From contig CP089277.1 of assembly GCA_023920165.1 (NCBI GenBank), positions 3,534,001 to 3,598,000 of the forward strand: a stretch of 64,000 nt of DNA. The letters are read 5' to 3'. The DNA comes from Curvularia clavata. Its lineage: Eukaryota. This document shows, piece by piece, positions 13,451-26,754 of this stretch. The notes under the pieces are model-generated. The model saw nothing but the letters and a program-made list of their open reading frames with translations, was not told the DNA's origin and searched no databases. A program made the position numbers and the translations under genes. Position 1 is the first letter of the stretch; every line of letters begins with the position of its first letter.

Positions 13451-15137
13451 TCAGACCCCTGTACCGGGAAAAGCACCCTTCTTGTTCAATACCACGAGGC
13501 CGTGGTCGCGCGCAATATATCCTTTCATGTACCCCTAGTAGTCAAAACGTCAGTCCCCGTCCTAGTTCGGCGTATCACAGTATGGGTTTCTATAAGGCAC
13601 GTACCTTGTAGATTTGGTTGGCCAGTAAGCACTCAACCTCGTCGTCCTCGACGATTTGGCCACTGCCTTCGCCTGCAGTTCCCATTCTGAGCGCGGCGGC
13701 AAAATGTGCTATCGGAATGCGCGACTTGCGTATCCTGTCCTTCTCGGTTTGTCCTTCCTTGAGCTCGTCGTAGCCGGCGGCGAGATAGACTTTTCTGAGG
13801 AGATTACGCAGAGCGATGTCGCGGCTTCGTTCGAGAGTAAGGAAAATGCGCCGCTTGACAAATTCGGGCTCGCCCTGCGCAAGAGCCTGGTCAAAGCCGG
13901 TGAGATCTCCTCGTTTTATGCATGCTACGAGTGGTCCAAATGTGCCTTCGAGGTGTGGCGCCTGTGCAAGAAGGCTGGGTGTTGGGAGTTTATGCTGCGT
14001 GATGAGTCGGCAGGGGATGAGGTAGGTGAGGATTAGGCTACAGCAGTCAGCATTGGGTATGCGCTTTTCTTTCCTAATCCAATATTTTTATCCGTCATTG
14101 TCACACTTACGATTTGTTCCGCTGTGCTTGTGGATAGCACATCTCCCATGCTTCCTGCAAGTTGCTCTCTGCCTAGTTATTGTCAGAAGGCGTACCTCTC
14201 CCCCATTCTGTGGGCATACCTTGGCATAGTCCTCCTGCAGGAATGACAACACTCCAACATAGTACTTGTATGTCACCTTATGTGCTTCTGGAAATAGCTC
14301 GAACGCGGGTAGGTCGGACTGTGCTTGGATCGATCGCACTACGTTCTTGGATAGGCTGACGGCTTTCAGCTACCGAATTGTTTATTAGCAGTTACTAGGG
14401 ATCAGCGGTCAGCCAATCTCACCTTGAAGTACGTCTTGAACAGGACATTGGCTATGCAGTAGACACCCCATTTGCGGGACTCGGCCAAGTTTGGATTTCT
14501 AGAACACTGTAAGGCAATTCCTCAAATACAACAATGGAAGAGTAGCAAACCTGTCACCAAGGCACAGAGAGAAGATCCTGTTGAAGACGCGTGCGGCCTC
14601 TTCAAGCTTCGGGTTCTGCGAAGCAGTGCTCACGATATCGTCTGAATACCCTTGGCTGGGAGTTGCTGGTTTCGATTTGGCCAGTTGCTCGTCTGCCCTG
14701 ATGGCTATCTTTCTGAGGTTGTTCGCAGTGAAATATAGTACATAGATGGCCCACGGTGGAAGTAGCCCAGTGTCAATGTGTTTGACAAAGCTACTGGTTA
14801 AGTCTTTCCAGGCGTCATATACTGCCACGTAATGCTGCTCATTGGCCCTGCCCTGGTTTGCAGCCTCTTCTGCCTTGATAATCTCCTTTACGGCGCGCCA
14901 ATAGCAAGCAAGAATATCCACCCAAGCACCGCTCTCCTTGTTGGTCATGCGCGCGTTCTCGTTGTACTTGAGCGCATACCGGATATCGGCCTCAACCTTG
15001 GCGTCGGAAGATGCGCGATAGAAGTCATACAGCCGCCCTGGATCGTGTGCAGGCGCAACTGGACTGATAAAGTCTGCGACGGGCTGCGACAATCCCGCAG
15101 CATACGCCTCAAAGAACGGGAGCAGTGCGGTTTGCAT
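13451..15137 (-). CDS. CSN12: PCI-domain protein CSN12 / PCID2-like
   Basis: Multi-exon. [61 protein letters not shown]-terminal [14 protein letters not shown] segment ending AFPGTGV* at 13451. Confidence 0.85.
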
Positions 15138-15546
15138 AATGGCGGTGGGGATTGGAGAGGGGCTACCTTTGCGACTGCTGCTACCAATATGGCTTGGTAG
15201 AAAATCTCAGCAGGATCGGAGGCCTCAGGTGAGAGATTCAACCATTGGACATGTCGTGTTACTGTGCTTGTGCTGGACGCTGTGCTGGTGACGTTTTCGC
15301 GATCGCGACTGTTTGGTAGCGTCGGTGTTTGGGTGACGGGTTCGCCGATGGGCACCTTGCGCCTGCCGCCAAGTCGTGGTGGCTGCTCTTCTCGGCTAGC
15401 GCCCACAAGCGACCTCGAATTCGACAGGCCGGCCACAATTCGCGATAGACGACCTGAACTTCTCAACCCAAGGTACTAACCACAGCACAATTACGGTCAG
15501 TTCATATTGCCTTCTTATACACTGCCTGCTTGCTAACACTTCACAG

Positions 15547-16555
15547 ATGGGTAAGCAGTTTCTTTCTTTCTCGCCCGCGTCACCGTCTCGCACCAGCAAT
15601 TGCAGCCGATGAAGTTTTGCACGAGTCCGCGCACACAATCCCACAAACCCATGACGGCACGCCCAAGATGTCGGATTACTGGAGGAGATAGTAAGAGGAA
15701 TGCAGGGGACATCTTCGCGTCCACTCGCCGAGTTGGGGACATCAAGCAGTGGTGATGATCGTGATGGAAGAAAATTGAGCCCCAGCATGCGCCTACCTGG
15801 ACCTCCCCGACCGCACCCCAATCGCCTCAGCACGACCGATTCGCACTGTGTATATCTGCTGCAATTGCTGGATGAGAACTATCGAACGTTTTTTTGGAGC
15901 AGTACTGACGATGTAATCAGCTCGCTTCCAGGAATACCAGATCATCGGGCGCCATCTGCCTACCGAGGCCAACCCTGCGCCAAAGATCTACCGTATGCGC
16001 ATTTTTGCGCCCAACGAGGTCGTCGCCAAGTCACGGTTCTGGTACTTCCTTGGCAAGCTCCGCAAGATCAAGAAGGCCAACGGTGAGATCGTCTCCGTCA
16101 ACCAGGTACGCCGCAGCCATGAGTAAACACATTGCATGGCGCGCTGAGGCTGACCCCCGTCTAGATCCACGAGAAGAGGCCCCAGAAGGTCAAGAACTTT
16201 GGCATCTGGCTCAAGTACGACTCGCGCTCCGGCACTCACAACATGTACAAGGAGTACCGTGAGATGTCCCGTGTCGCCGCCGTCGAGGCTCTCTACCAGG
16301 ACATGGCTGCCCGTCACCGAACGCGCTTCAGGTCCGTTCAGGTATGATTGTCCTTTTTTTCCGCAATCCATAACGGTCTGCTAACAACATGTTTAGATCC
16401 TGAAGGTCGTTGAGATCGCCAAGACCGACGACATCCGCCGACCATACATCAAGCAGCTCCTCACCAAGAAGCTCAAGTTCCCGCTGCCCCACCGCATCAA
16501 CAAGAAGGCGGGCAAGAAGGTCTTCTCTGCTACCCGCCCATCCACTTTCTTCTAA
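15547..16555 (+). CDS. RPL20: 60S ribosomal protein eL20 (L20/L18a)
   Basis: ATG-G at 15547, 370-nt intron 15551-15920, then [81 protein letters not shown] 5' UTR intron (~15473-15546) is also likely. Confidence 0.97.
15593..15871 (+). other. Long-range inverted repeat closing most of RPL20 intron 15551-15920
   Basis: CCAGCAATTGCAGC (15593-15606) is the exact reverse complement of GCTGCAATTGCTGG (15858-15871); an inner pair AAGATGTC (15665-15672)/GACATCTT (15708-15715) is also present. Confidence 0.8.
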
Positions 16556-16846
16556 GCGTGTTTCTCATTACGGAGTGCGGTCTGGATGGGAAGGATTGTT
16601 ATGGGTTTCCCTCGGTTATGCATGCTTCACGAAAAGAAGTACACTAGGAACGAATGAAAATCCCTGATACCTCCGTTCGAGTCGTCGAGACGTGTGATGC
16701 TGCACAGGGTACTTGGCCAGGGTTCCACAAACGGGGGGAAAAAGTCTAGACTACCAAACCAGGGTATGGTATTAAGGTGGACGATAGACAATGAACTCAT
16801 GAAATCGCGAGTCGACATGTGTCTTGCATTGTGCTCTAACATGTGA

Positions 16847-18019
16847 CTAGATCTTTGACCCTCCTGTAGGTGCTACCTTGGGCCTGCCCGATGTGTCCAC
16901 GGGTACCCACCACGGATATCCCGTCAACTTGATGTTATCCATTGTCCCCTTGAAGTTTGCCGGTCGCTTCTCCATGAAAGAATCGACGCCTTCCTTGTTG
17001 TCTCTGTACACGTTGATTATTAGCATACTGACGCCCTAGCTCGGTCACGTGTGTATCAACTTACGGCGATCCAAACAGTTGAAACAGAATCCTACTATCC
17101 AACAGATGCTGAGCCTCTGGGCTCCCACGATCGCGAAACATCAACTCTTTCATCAAATACGTACTTACACTACTCGTATTCGCGGCCACTTCCTCGGCCA
17201 CTTCGAGCGCCCTTGGCAGCACCTGATCGGGTCTCTCGCATACGTCCGCAAAAAGGCCGTCCCAGACCTTATGCGTAGCTGGGTACGTGCTCCCCGTAGT
17301 AACAGCCTGCATGGCACGCGAATGTCCAATCAACCTAGGTAAGTAGAAAGACGAAACAGCCTCCATGACGAGGCCGCGACGGGCAAATACGAAGCCTATT
17401 TTCGCGGTTGACGACACAATGCGAATGTTCATGGGCAGCGTCATGGTGATGCCGACGCCGACAGCGGAACCTTGGATCGCGGCTATGCTGGGCTTGCGGC
17501 AGTGATGTATGGCGAGGGCTACACGGCCGCCTCTATATATCGGTGTTGTTAGTTGGGTACATGGAAAATACTGTGGCTTTGGTAATGAACACGGATTGCA
17601 TATTTCTTCTTTCCGACTCAATCCCTTTCCAATCCCAACCCCAGGTGTCCAAAAAAAAACAAATAAATCATCACAAAGAAAAAAAATGCAATAAGAAAGA
17701 GACAACAGACTCACCCATCCCTATGATCCTCGACGGTTTCTCCCTCCTCCTTGTTAAACCCATGCTCTAAATCCGCACCCGCACAGAAAATCTTGCCCTC
17801 GCCGCCCGTCATAACAATGCATCTTACGCGGTCGTCCCGGTCAAAAAGCTCGTATGCGGTTTCGAGCTCAGACTGCATGGTGGGTGTGAAAGCATTGTGC
17901 TGTTTCGGACGGTGCAAGGTCAAGATGATGATGGAGGGGTCGCGCGTGTGGTGCGTGGTGCGAATTTGGGTAAAGGGGAGGGAGTTGTAAGAGTCGGGTA
18001 GGGGGAGTGGTGGTGGCAT
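16847..18019 (-). CDS. Enoyl-CoA hydratase/isomerase (crotonase superfamily), probably peroxisomal
   Basis: LTLHRPKQHNAFT..FCAGADL..GGRVALAIHHCRKPSIAAIQGSAVGVGITMTLPMNIR..IGFVFARRGLVMEA; last exon DNKEGVDSFMEKRPANF..GGSKI* (PTS1-like tripeptide). Confidence 0.9.
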
Positions 18020-18581
18020 GGTGTAGGTAGATGTATGGATGGAGGTGATGAGATAGACAGTAATTGAGATTTATGATGTGAAGGCGACAGAGGGTGGGGC
18101 TCGATGGCGTAGATGGTTTTTTTGTCTATGTTAATAGTATTTTTATTTATTTTGAGATTTTTTTTAAAGATTTAAGTATAGTGTTTGCGGGGTTGGAGAA
18201 GGTGGTGAGGATGCGTGCGGGGAAAGGGACCGAGGTACGGCGGATATGTTGAGTAAATGTCGCTACATATGCGGTGGGCTTCTACCTGGCTTGGCCAGGT
18301 AGGCTAAATAAAAAGGTTAATCATTGCCTGACAGATTCGAGAAGTAATATTACCGCAAGATTTCGATGCACAGCACTTGGTGGAAAGGACAAAGAAGTTC
18401 GGTTAGGTATTTGTGTACTTCGTGTGGTACATTTTAAGTCCTGAACAGCATCTTATTACATAGCCGGATGCTGAGATTAATCGCAGTACAAACAACACCT
18501 TGCGCAATAATCACCTAGATATCATTACCCATATCTCTCTCTGTTATTTTCGTAGACCAGTGGTGAGATGTCACATATCCA

Positions 18582-19950
18582 TCAGACCTTCTCCGGGTCG
18601 TTGATTCCACCATTGGTAATGATGTAGGTAGCTTCTTTCTCGGGCATGTCTAACGACGCATGTCAATGATAAAATTCAAAACATGCGAAATTGACTTACC
18701 AGGAGAGTCCTGGATCTTCGCGACACGCTCCTCGCCCCTTCCCTTGCGAAGCAAAATCCTCGTAGCAGAAGCGTGGGCGAGGATATGGCCTCCAACCGGC
18801 TTACGTCCATCAGCACTAGCAAACAAAGCACTCGCTCCAGGGTCGCTTTGAACTTGGTTGGTCATTAGCACAGCAACATTGAACTCTGCATGTTGTCAGT
18901 TAAATTGTTAACGGTAAAATCATTGTGAACAACCCTCAGCAACATGAGTAAGCTTCGAGAGAAACTGATTGAGTTTCTGTTGCCGCTCATTCAGCTCACC
19001 CCGTCCAGTATAGTCGACACGGAAGAGCGCCATGATGCTGTCGATGACTAAGAGGCGGTACTCGTTGCTGACGAAGAACTCTGCGACTTTGTTCAAGAGC
19101 TCCATCTGGTGCTCGGAATTGACAGCGCGAGCGTACGTGATGTTGTCTTGTGCTACGATATGTCAATACGAAACTCACGAAGGGGATAGAGAGGCGCACC
19201 AGTTTCGGGATCGACGCCAAACCTCTCTGCGATTTGAGCTATCCTCTCCGGTCGAAAGGTACCTTCGGTGTCTATATGGTCAGACGCGGTCGTCGTTGCA
19301 GGAGGACGGCATACCGATATATGCCACCTTGCCCTCAGCACCGCCCATGTCCTTTGGTAGTTGTGCGATAACAGACATGGTATGCGACAGTTGCGTCTTT
19401 CCACAGCGAAACTCGCCAAACACCTCGCTGATGCTCATGGTCTGGAATCCACTGCAGAACATCAGTATGCACATGTAAATGCTGAGTCCATCATATCCTT
19501 ACCCTCCGAGAATTGCATCAAGCGATTTGCTGCCAGTCGAAATCTTGATGACTCGCTTTCGCTGTTGCCCAAGCTCATGAGCAGTCTGGAAGCCACCACC
19601 TGCAGGCTGTATATGATCTCAGTGAGCATGCCTAACAACTGTTGTAGTGCTCCAGCGTACCTGGCATTTTGCAATAGCGTCTTTTACCTTGTCGACCTTA
19701 ATCTCACTGAAGCCCTTGATCTTGAGCAGATTGCGACGAGTGGCAGAGTGGACTGAAGCAATCGTGTAGTAGCCATTGGCTTTCAACTTGGAAATGTCGA
19801 CGGCGCCGATGCCGTGAGCCTGGATCGCATCGATGTCGACGATAAAACCATCCTGAGTATCGAAAATGAGAGACTTGATCTGGTATTGGAAGTATGTAAG
19901 TCACTTACATCGTTGGCAGAATCGTCACTTGCTACGGATGACGGCGCCAT
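18582..19950 (-). CDS. DMC1: Meiosis-specific recombinase Dmc1
   Basis: Spliced frame intact: [53 protein letters not shown] (Walker A); [79 protein letters not shown]. These residues are Dmc1-type rather than Rad51-type. Confidence 0.93.
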
Positions 19951-21006
19951 GACGCCGATGGATGCGGACTGATGTAATATTAGGGAAAGTATGTGAGTCT
20001 AAGAAACTGGTTTAATTCGAGCGAAAGAAGTGATGAGACGACTGGAGCGATGATTGTGAAGACAATCTACGAGAGTGAGGCAGAAGAAGGCAGGATGGGA
20101 AGGTGCGCTGGACATGGTGTCCTGTGCGTATGTGCTCGAGAGGAAGGTGCTACTCGGCCGACTATGGTGCTGCTTATCACCACAATATCACTGATGGCCG
20201 ATACAAAAGAAAGAGGCATTCCAGCTCATACATCCATCCGCAAATGATGTCCAATCAAATACCGTGGGGCAATATTGGCAGAGCAACATCTAACAAAAGC
20301 CGGCACTACTACAATTAGTATGATAGTACATCGCAACCATGCATTCATTGATTGAATGCCTATTCTTCGAAACTAAGAACATTATTTTTCGAACAAAGAT
20401 CACGACTGCTCTACTTCACTGTACACAACACTATACGTGCTCGATAGACCATAGGAATACAGCTACCGAAGAATATCGAAATAGATACAAGACGGAACCA
20501 CGGGCACATGCTAACCCAGCCCCCGACAAACACACAGTCTCCTTCACTCTTCCTCCTCCATACCACCTCGATCCCTGCCGTCAAAAACTTCTACACCCAA
20601 ACCACTACAGCCGCCTTCAAGCTCCATAGGAAGCCCTACCAAAAAACTATCCAAGCACATATGCACGAGCCACCTCTACCGAAGAGGCAGCTGGTACGAG
20701 CACATCCATAGAGGTAGAGCAACCATCCAAATCGCCAAGCCGTCGTCTGTTCGAAACCATGGTAGAATGGTTGAAGTAAGGGATAACGTTTGTGGGTATC
20801 AGCGTAAGAATTGTGAAGAACTTTTTTTAATCCGTTGATGACTCGTGAATGCGTGACATTTGCCGAAAAGATGCTGAGATAGGCTAGAAAACGATTGTGA
20901 TGAGACGTTGACTTGAACGAAAGACATGACCATGCATGCCATATGTCAATGTTCCGCTACGATGTCACTCGTAGCGAAACTTGAGCCCGGGGAGCTCGTG
21001 AGTCGC

Positions 21007-22048
21007 CTAAGCGGCAACAGTAGAGGGAGCAACTGTCGCAGGGACGGGAGCAGCGGCGGGAGCAGCATTGGCGGTGGAGTCACCGTTGACTTCGGCCTGG
21101 GTGCAGTCACGAGAGATGTGGCCGGTTTCGCCGCAGCGGTAGCAGGTCTTGCCGGCAGTGTTGAGTGGGCCCCCGTTAGGTGCAGTGCAGTCACGGGAGA
21201 TGTGTCCTATACAAGGTCAACATGGTTACCGCAGGTTCAGACTGCCATACTTACCCAGCTTGCCGCAGGCGTAGCACTTCATAGCCTGAGCCTGGCAATC
21301 GCGGGCGAAGTGGTTAGGACCACCACACTTGTAGCAAGTAGCAGGGCGAGCGCCGCCAGCGAAGCCGCCCCTGAAGCCTCCGTATCCGCCACGAGGAGCA
21401 CCAGCGCCACGACCCATTCCAGGGTTGGGGCAGTTGCGGGCAAGGTGACCAGCAATACCGCAGCTGTAGCAGCGTCCGCTGGTACCAGCTCCGCTCAGGC
21501 GCAGAGTCGGGCAGTCAGCCTGGACATGTCCAAGGCCCTGGCAGTGGTAGCACTGCTTGGCTGTTACTTCGTCAGCGTTCTGGTTCGTTGATAGCCTCAG
21601 CGTTACTGGGCCTTCGCGAGTGCCGTGAGGACAACAGCAATGGTAACGTATGGAATGGATAGCGGAGGTGGATTCGAGATGACATACTCTCGGTGGTGCG
21701 GGGATGCGGGCATCCATTGGACTCGTGTCCCGGCTGCTTGCCTGTAGGGTGCATTAGTGTTTGGTTGGGTATGTGGGCCTGGTGTAAGACATACAGTTGT
21801 AGCAGAGCCTCTCAGACGAAGAGCACACCTCTGCACATTTGTCAGTCGCATTGCTACATGCACATATAGCCACACTCGTCATAGCCTCGCGACACCAACG
21901 CCGCCATTGAAGGTATCGGCTCGCTGCATATACCTCGCAATAGCGTCACTGCGACGAGAGCCACAAGTCAGTGCCTCTAATGTAGCTTACCGGCGTAGTG
22001 GCCGACGTTTCCGCACTTGAAGCACGCACGACGAGACAGAGACGACAT
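21007..22048 (-). CDS. GIS2: CNBP/Gis2/Byr3-like multi zinc-knuckle (CCHC) nucleic-acid-binding protein with RGG box
   Basis: MSSLSRRACFKCGNVGHYAEVC, LCYNCKQPGHESNGC, QCYHCQGLGHVQADC, RCYSCGIAGHLARNC, RGG region, TCYKCGGPNHFARDC, KCYACGKLGHISRDC; stop at 21007. Confidence 0.92.
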
Positions 22049-23120
22049 GTTTACTTGTTCCTCTTTATATCTGTACCGAATTGTAAGCAACTGGCGGGGT
22101 GGTTGTGCGAGTCGTCAGAAAGGACTTGGGACGGATGGAGGACGTGGGGCGGATTCTCGCAGTACGTTTGCCTATATGCCGTCTGATCCGTCTGTCTGGG
22201 TGGGGGATGATGCACAGGCGGCGACGAGTGGTGTGAAGGGGGCGCCAGTACCTGCTTCGTTTGCTTCTTCAAATTCCGTTCCCTGGGTTTGCGGTCAGTC
22301 GCAGAATTTTCGAGGGGCAGCCGTCGAGGGGTAAAGCAGGACGGAGTCGCATGCGCCGAGGGGAAACCAGGCGCGCCGCAGTGGGCAGACGACACGAAGG
22401 CGGGGCGCAACGTACTTTCTACTTTCTACTTTCAACTGGCGACTTTCCAAACCTTCCCTCAGCAACGCTTCTGCAACCTTCCTCCGATTGTGTATGGGCG
22501 GGTGTGGTGTGAGAGACTGCGGATCGAGGCATGCGCGAGCGGCGGGCAAAATGGACTACTCATGGCTGTGGTCCCCTGCTTCGGCTGCGCGCTAGCGACA
22601 TGCGCAATTTGGCGCTTCCCGAGGTCGAAACTGGGCGCAACACTGCCCGAAGCCGTTCATGCGCCGTCCGATAGGTGCGCATCCATGCTGCTCGAAGCCC
22701 TAGACGTGTTTCGTCCGTCATGTCCGCCTGCTCTCTGTCACGGGGGCCGTCTCCTTACCTTTTGCCCTCCCCCGCCGCTGCCGCCCGTTCCAAAGACTAC
22801 TGCCGCCTATCCAATCCAGTCCCATACTCCGAGCCGTTATAGCGGACTTGGTCAAGGTCCGTGAAGCAGGATTGGGCCTTGCCTGTATGTAATCACCGTG
22901 TAAGGCAGAGCCTAGTCAGGTCCCCACAGATATCCTTACCATGGGCCTACACGTGCACACTTTGAACATGCATCATGTTGGTCGTAATATTCATATACAT
23001 TCGTCGCTGTCTCTATCTATGCTATCAGTTTTCTGGGGCAGCGGGAACTACATCTCCGCTGCTGTGAGCAGTGCAAAAATATTTGCACTACAAAATGTTT
23101 TGTTGAGTTTGGTGTGCCCT

Positions 23121-24871
23121 CTAGTCTTCCGACTCGATGACCGCAGGGGCCTTGATCGTCCTCGTCTTGAGAAAGTCGAGCCCTTCGCCGCCCTGGAGTA
23201 TAGTTAGTATCGAACACGTGATGTATAATAAAGGCAATGGGTGTGGCTTACATAGGAGATCAATGGCGAGACCTCGATGCCGTCCTTGGGATCCTCGCTG
23301 ACGACAGTGGCGCCGGCAGCCTGCACCCACTTCTTACCCTGCGCCATAATGTCCTGCTTGCTCGTGTCGGGGTCATCCTCTCCGGTTCCACGGGCGTTCT
23401 TCAAGGGCGAGAACTCGTCCTCACGCTTGACCTCCATGCAAGCAAACTTGTCCAGGGTCAGGAATGGGAAGCAGTCAAAGACAAACTGTTCCAGCTTGAT
23501 GCCATTGGGCTTCTCTGGCTTGATCGTCTCGCCGGTCTCTGTGTTGACATAGGGAATCTTCTTGCGGGCAACGTGGTGAGGCAGCTTCTTAGCCCACGCA
23601 GGAATGCTCTCGAGGAACTTGTATGAGTAGTAGTGGTTGACAATGTTGGCAGCACGGAACTTGAGCAGCTCAGAGTCCTTGGGATCTTTGGCCTCTGCAT
23701 CCTCAGCCGAAATCTCAGAGTATTCGACAACGTCGGGCTTGCCGTTCTTCTGCAGGATAAGACCAACAGACTCCTTGGCGTTGCGCTTGCGGACGACCTT
23801 GGTGGCAATATCGACGTTCTTGGACGCAGAGAATCCAATGAAAGCAGGGTCGGCAACCTTGACAAGGCAGTTGTCGACGCAGTATGCGTGGATGTGCTGG
23901 ATGCCACGTTTGCCCATGTCGGCTACAACGCCAGACTGGATGAGGGCTTGGTAGAGACCACCATTACCATCGGGTGCGACAGCAACCTTTGACTTGCTCT
24001 CCAAGAGGATCTTGCCCTCGTTGGAGATGCATGGCAGAACACCCTGCTCGAAGATGACGACATTCTCCTTCTTCAGGCCAAAGTAGTTGTGCTTCTCGAA
24101 GAACTCGGCGGTAGGTCCACGGGTAGGTCCGCTAGTCATAACGTACCATGGGATGGTAACGTTTTCCTTGTTGTGCTTCTTGGCAGCCAGCATCTCTGCC
24201 TTCCTGATGCGCTCACCCTGGAGCTGGAACAAGCTCTTCTGGCTTGGGAGGCCGATATCAAAGCATCCCTTAGGAGCCGAGCTGCCCAGACGGGTGCCCT
24301 GACCACCAGCCATCAGCACAACTGCGACTTGGTTCTGAGCGATATACTCAAGACCACTGTTGTACCACTGGTCGAGATTCTCCTGCGACGAGTCGAGGAC
24401 GGAAGATGTGGCATTCTCAGGAAGGGGCTCAAGCTTGTTCTCGGTCGCTTCGCTCTGTACAGGGTGGAGAGCGCGTTCGGTGATCTCGTTGATGTAGTCG
24501 GGGTTGAAGTTGCTCAGCTGCTCGTAGAGAGCAGCCTTTTCCGCGGTGGAAAGCTTATCATAGAAGGCCTGTATGCCCCAGGTCAGCGGTTACACAAAGA
24601 GAAGAACATCGAACAGTATGCTTTGGAAGTGTCGGGAGCGATTTGCAGGGCTTGGTAACGACCAAATCCATTGAGGTGCTCCAAGTCGTCAACAGGCCTG
24701 CGGGGCTGTTGTACATACAAAAACTTGCTCCTGACCAGCCTTCTCGTACTTGGCCTTGAGCTCGTTGAACTCAGCCTCTGATGGCTCTTTGGGGGGAGTG
24801 CCCTGAGGAGCTCCGCCTCCGATGTGAAGCTTCTCGAGCGCGCTGTTGACGGTGCCTTTGATGGCTTCCAT
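23121..24871 (-). CDS. UAP1: UDP-N-acetylglucosamine pyrophosphorylase
   Basis: [63 protein letters not shown] motifs; introns 24569-24718 and near 23200-23250. Confidence 0.96.
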
Positions 24872-25373
24872 GATGAAGTGGGGGTATGGCGTGGTAACTT
24901 TTGATGAAATCGACAATTGCAGAGTTTTGGGGAGTGGAAGGTTTTCAATTGCACAAAGAGTGGTAGAAAAAGAGACAGAGCTGCAGGCTCCTCACCGCGT
25001 GTCCCAGACGACTCGACTACAGCGCAGCTCTGACGCTCGTGTTGCCCCACTCAGGCGGCGGGCGTCCCTGCCGCACCAGGGCAAGATCGAGGCTTGCGAG
25101 ATCGTCAGCACCCACAAGTCACTACTAATTATAGATTTGTCATGTTTGTAAAGTATTATTTCTTCATGAGCCATGCTTATTGTCGTCAGTGCAGTATTGG
25201 ATGCCGCCGAAGGCGTGGGCACAGCCACAGCCAGCGACCGCCACATGTTGCCCAACAAGGAACAGAAATAAGCAAAACACTGGCTGCTACGGCGCAATGC
25301 ATGAGGCCAAGAGAATTTCGCAAAAACGAAATCTGGACACAACTCCTTGAACGCCACTATGCTATGCAACAAA

Positions 25374-26754
25374 CTAAGCATGTCCATTGACCTCTACCGG
25401 CTTCTCTTGTTCGGCAGGCTTCAGGGCCTTTTGTGGCGCAGGGTTCAGGATACGGGTGGCATCGATCAACCCGGCGTGGGGGTTCAGCTCAAGCCCAAAG
25501 CCGGGTCGGTCGAGGTCTTTGACATCTAGATAGCCCTTGGTGGGAATGGGCTCGTTGGTAAAGCTGCGGCTGATTAGCAGGCACATCGACAAACATGATC
25601 ATCAATACTCACAGGTTGCCGAATACGGGCAAAACGGACTTGCCGTCGGGCGAGTTGGCGAGGTACTCCTGGAAAGGCGAGTTTGCCTGGGATACGACAA
25701 AGTGGTACGAGTACGGTCCGCTCGCGTGGGGCACAACAGGAATGTCGTACGCAGCCGCCATGGCTGAGATCTTGATGAGCTCAGTCATTCCGCCAACCCA
25801 CATGACGTCAGGTTGAAGTATATCTAGATTGCGGCCCTCAATGAGCTTCCGGAAGCCATAGCGTGAGTACTCGTGTTCGCCGGTTGTGAACTTCATCCGG
25901 GGGTGAGCACGCTTGATTTGCTCAAAACCATCCGAATCGTCTGGCGACAAGCACTCCTCCCACCAGTTGAGGTTGAGGTGCTCGGTTGCTTTGACCACCT
26001 CGATTGTATATGGCACGTTCAGACTCATATAGCAGTCGACCATAAGTGGAAAGTCGGGGCCGACGCTCTCACGGTGCTTGGTGAGGAACTCTACATTCTT
26101 CTTCAGGCCTTCGACACCCTCACCCGGACCATACGGCAGCGGCACCTTTGCACCAAAGAAGCCCATTGCTTTTGCTGCTGCAGGTTCGGGACCCGTACAG
26201 TAAAAGTTGAGCCTCTCACGGGTGGCACCTCCCAGCATCTTGTACACGGGCTCATTGCGAATGTGGCCAAGCAGATCCCAGATGGCGAGGTCAATCACGG
26301 AGATGACGGCAACGGGAAGGCCTTTGCGGCCGTAGAACATGGAGGCGCGGTACATTTGCTCAAACATGTGGTTGGTGTCTCTCGGATCTACCCCTGGTTA
26401 ATACCACTCACGCTGGACTCGGTCGAATGGCTTACCTTGGCCGATCAGGAAACGCTCAAAATGCTCCGCAACGAGCCAGCATGCTGGGGGGCCTCCAAAG
26501 CCGGTAGCAAAGCCCTTGGTGCCATCGCTGGCCTCGATCTCAACGCAAAAGGAACCGAGTACGTTGATTCCCCAGCTCGTCCTCGACTTCCGGTATTCCT
26601 CATACTGGCTCATTGGCGTGGATATCTTGCTGTCGATGAGCCAATGCCCCCCGGCTACATTGTGGTAGTCTCCGCCGCTTCCAGGGCCTTGTGTTACAAA
26701 AGTCCGCACATGCTTGATTGTGGGAAACGAACGCGATGCTGTTGCAGAGGCCAT
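25374..26754 (-). CDS. lraC: L-rhamnonate dehydratase (enolase superfamily, RhmD/LRA3/lraC type)
   Basis: GGDYHNVAGGHWLIDSKISTPMSQYEEYRKSRTSWGINVLG N-terminus matches the RhmD family; MVDCYMSL, WWEECL, TGEHE, LQPDV catalytic/metal motifs. Confidence 0.9.

Noticed and set aside
18582..19950. RAD51 as an alternative identity
   Set aside because: The short N-terminus and residues such as [23 protein letters not shown] and [12 protein letters not shown] are Dmc1-type.
20926..21591. 221 aa Ala/Ser-rich plus-strand ORF
   Set aside because: Antisense to the GC-rich GIS2/CNBP coding sequence.
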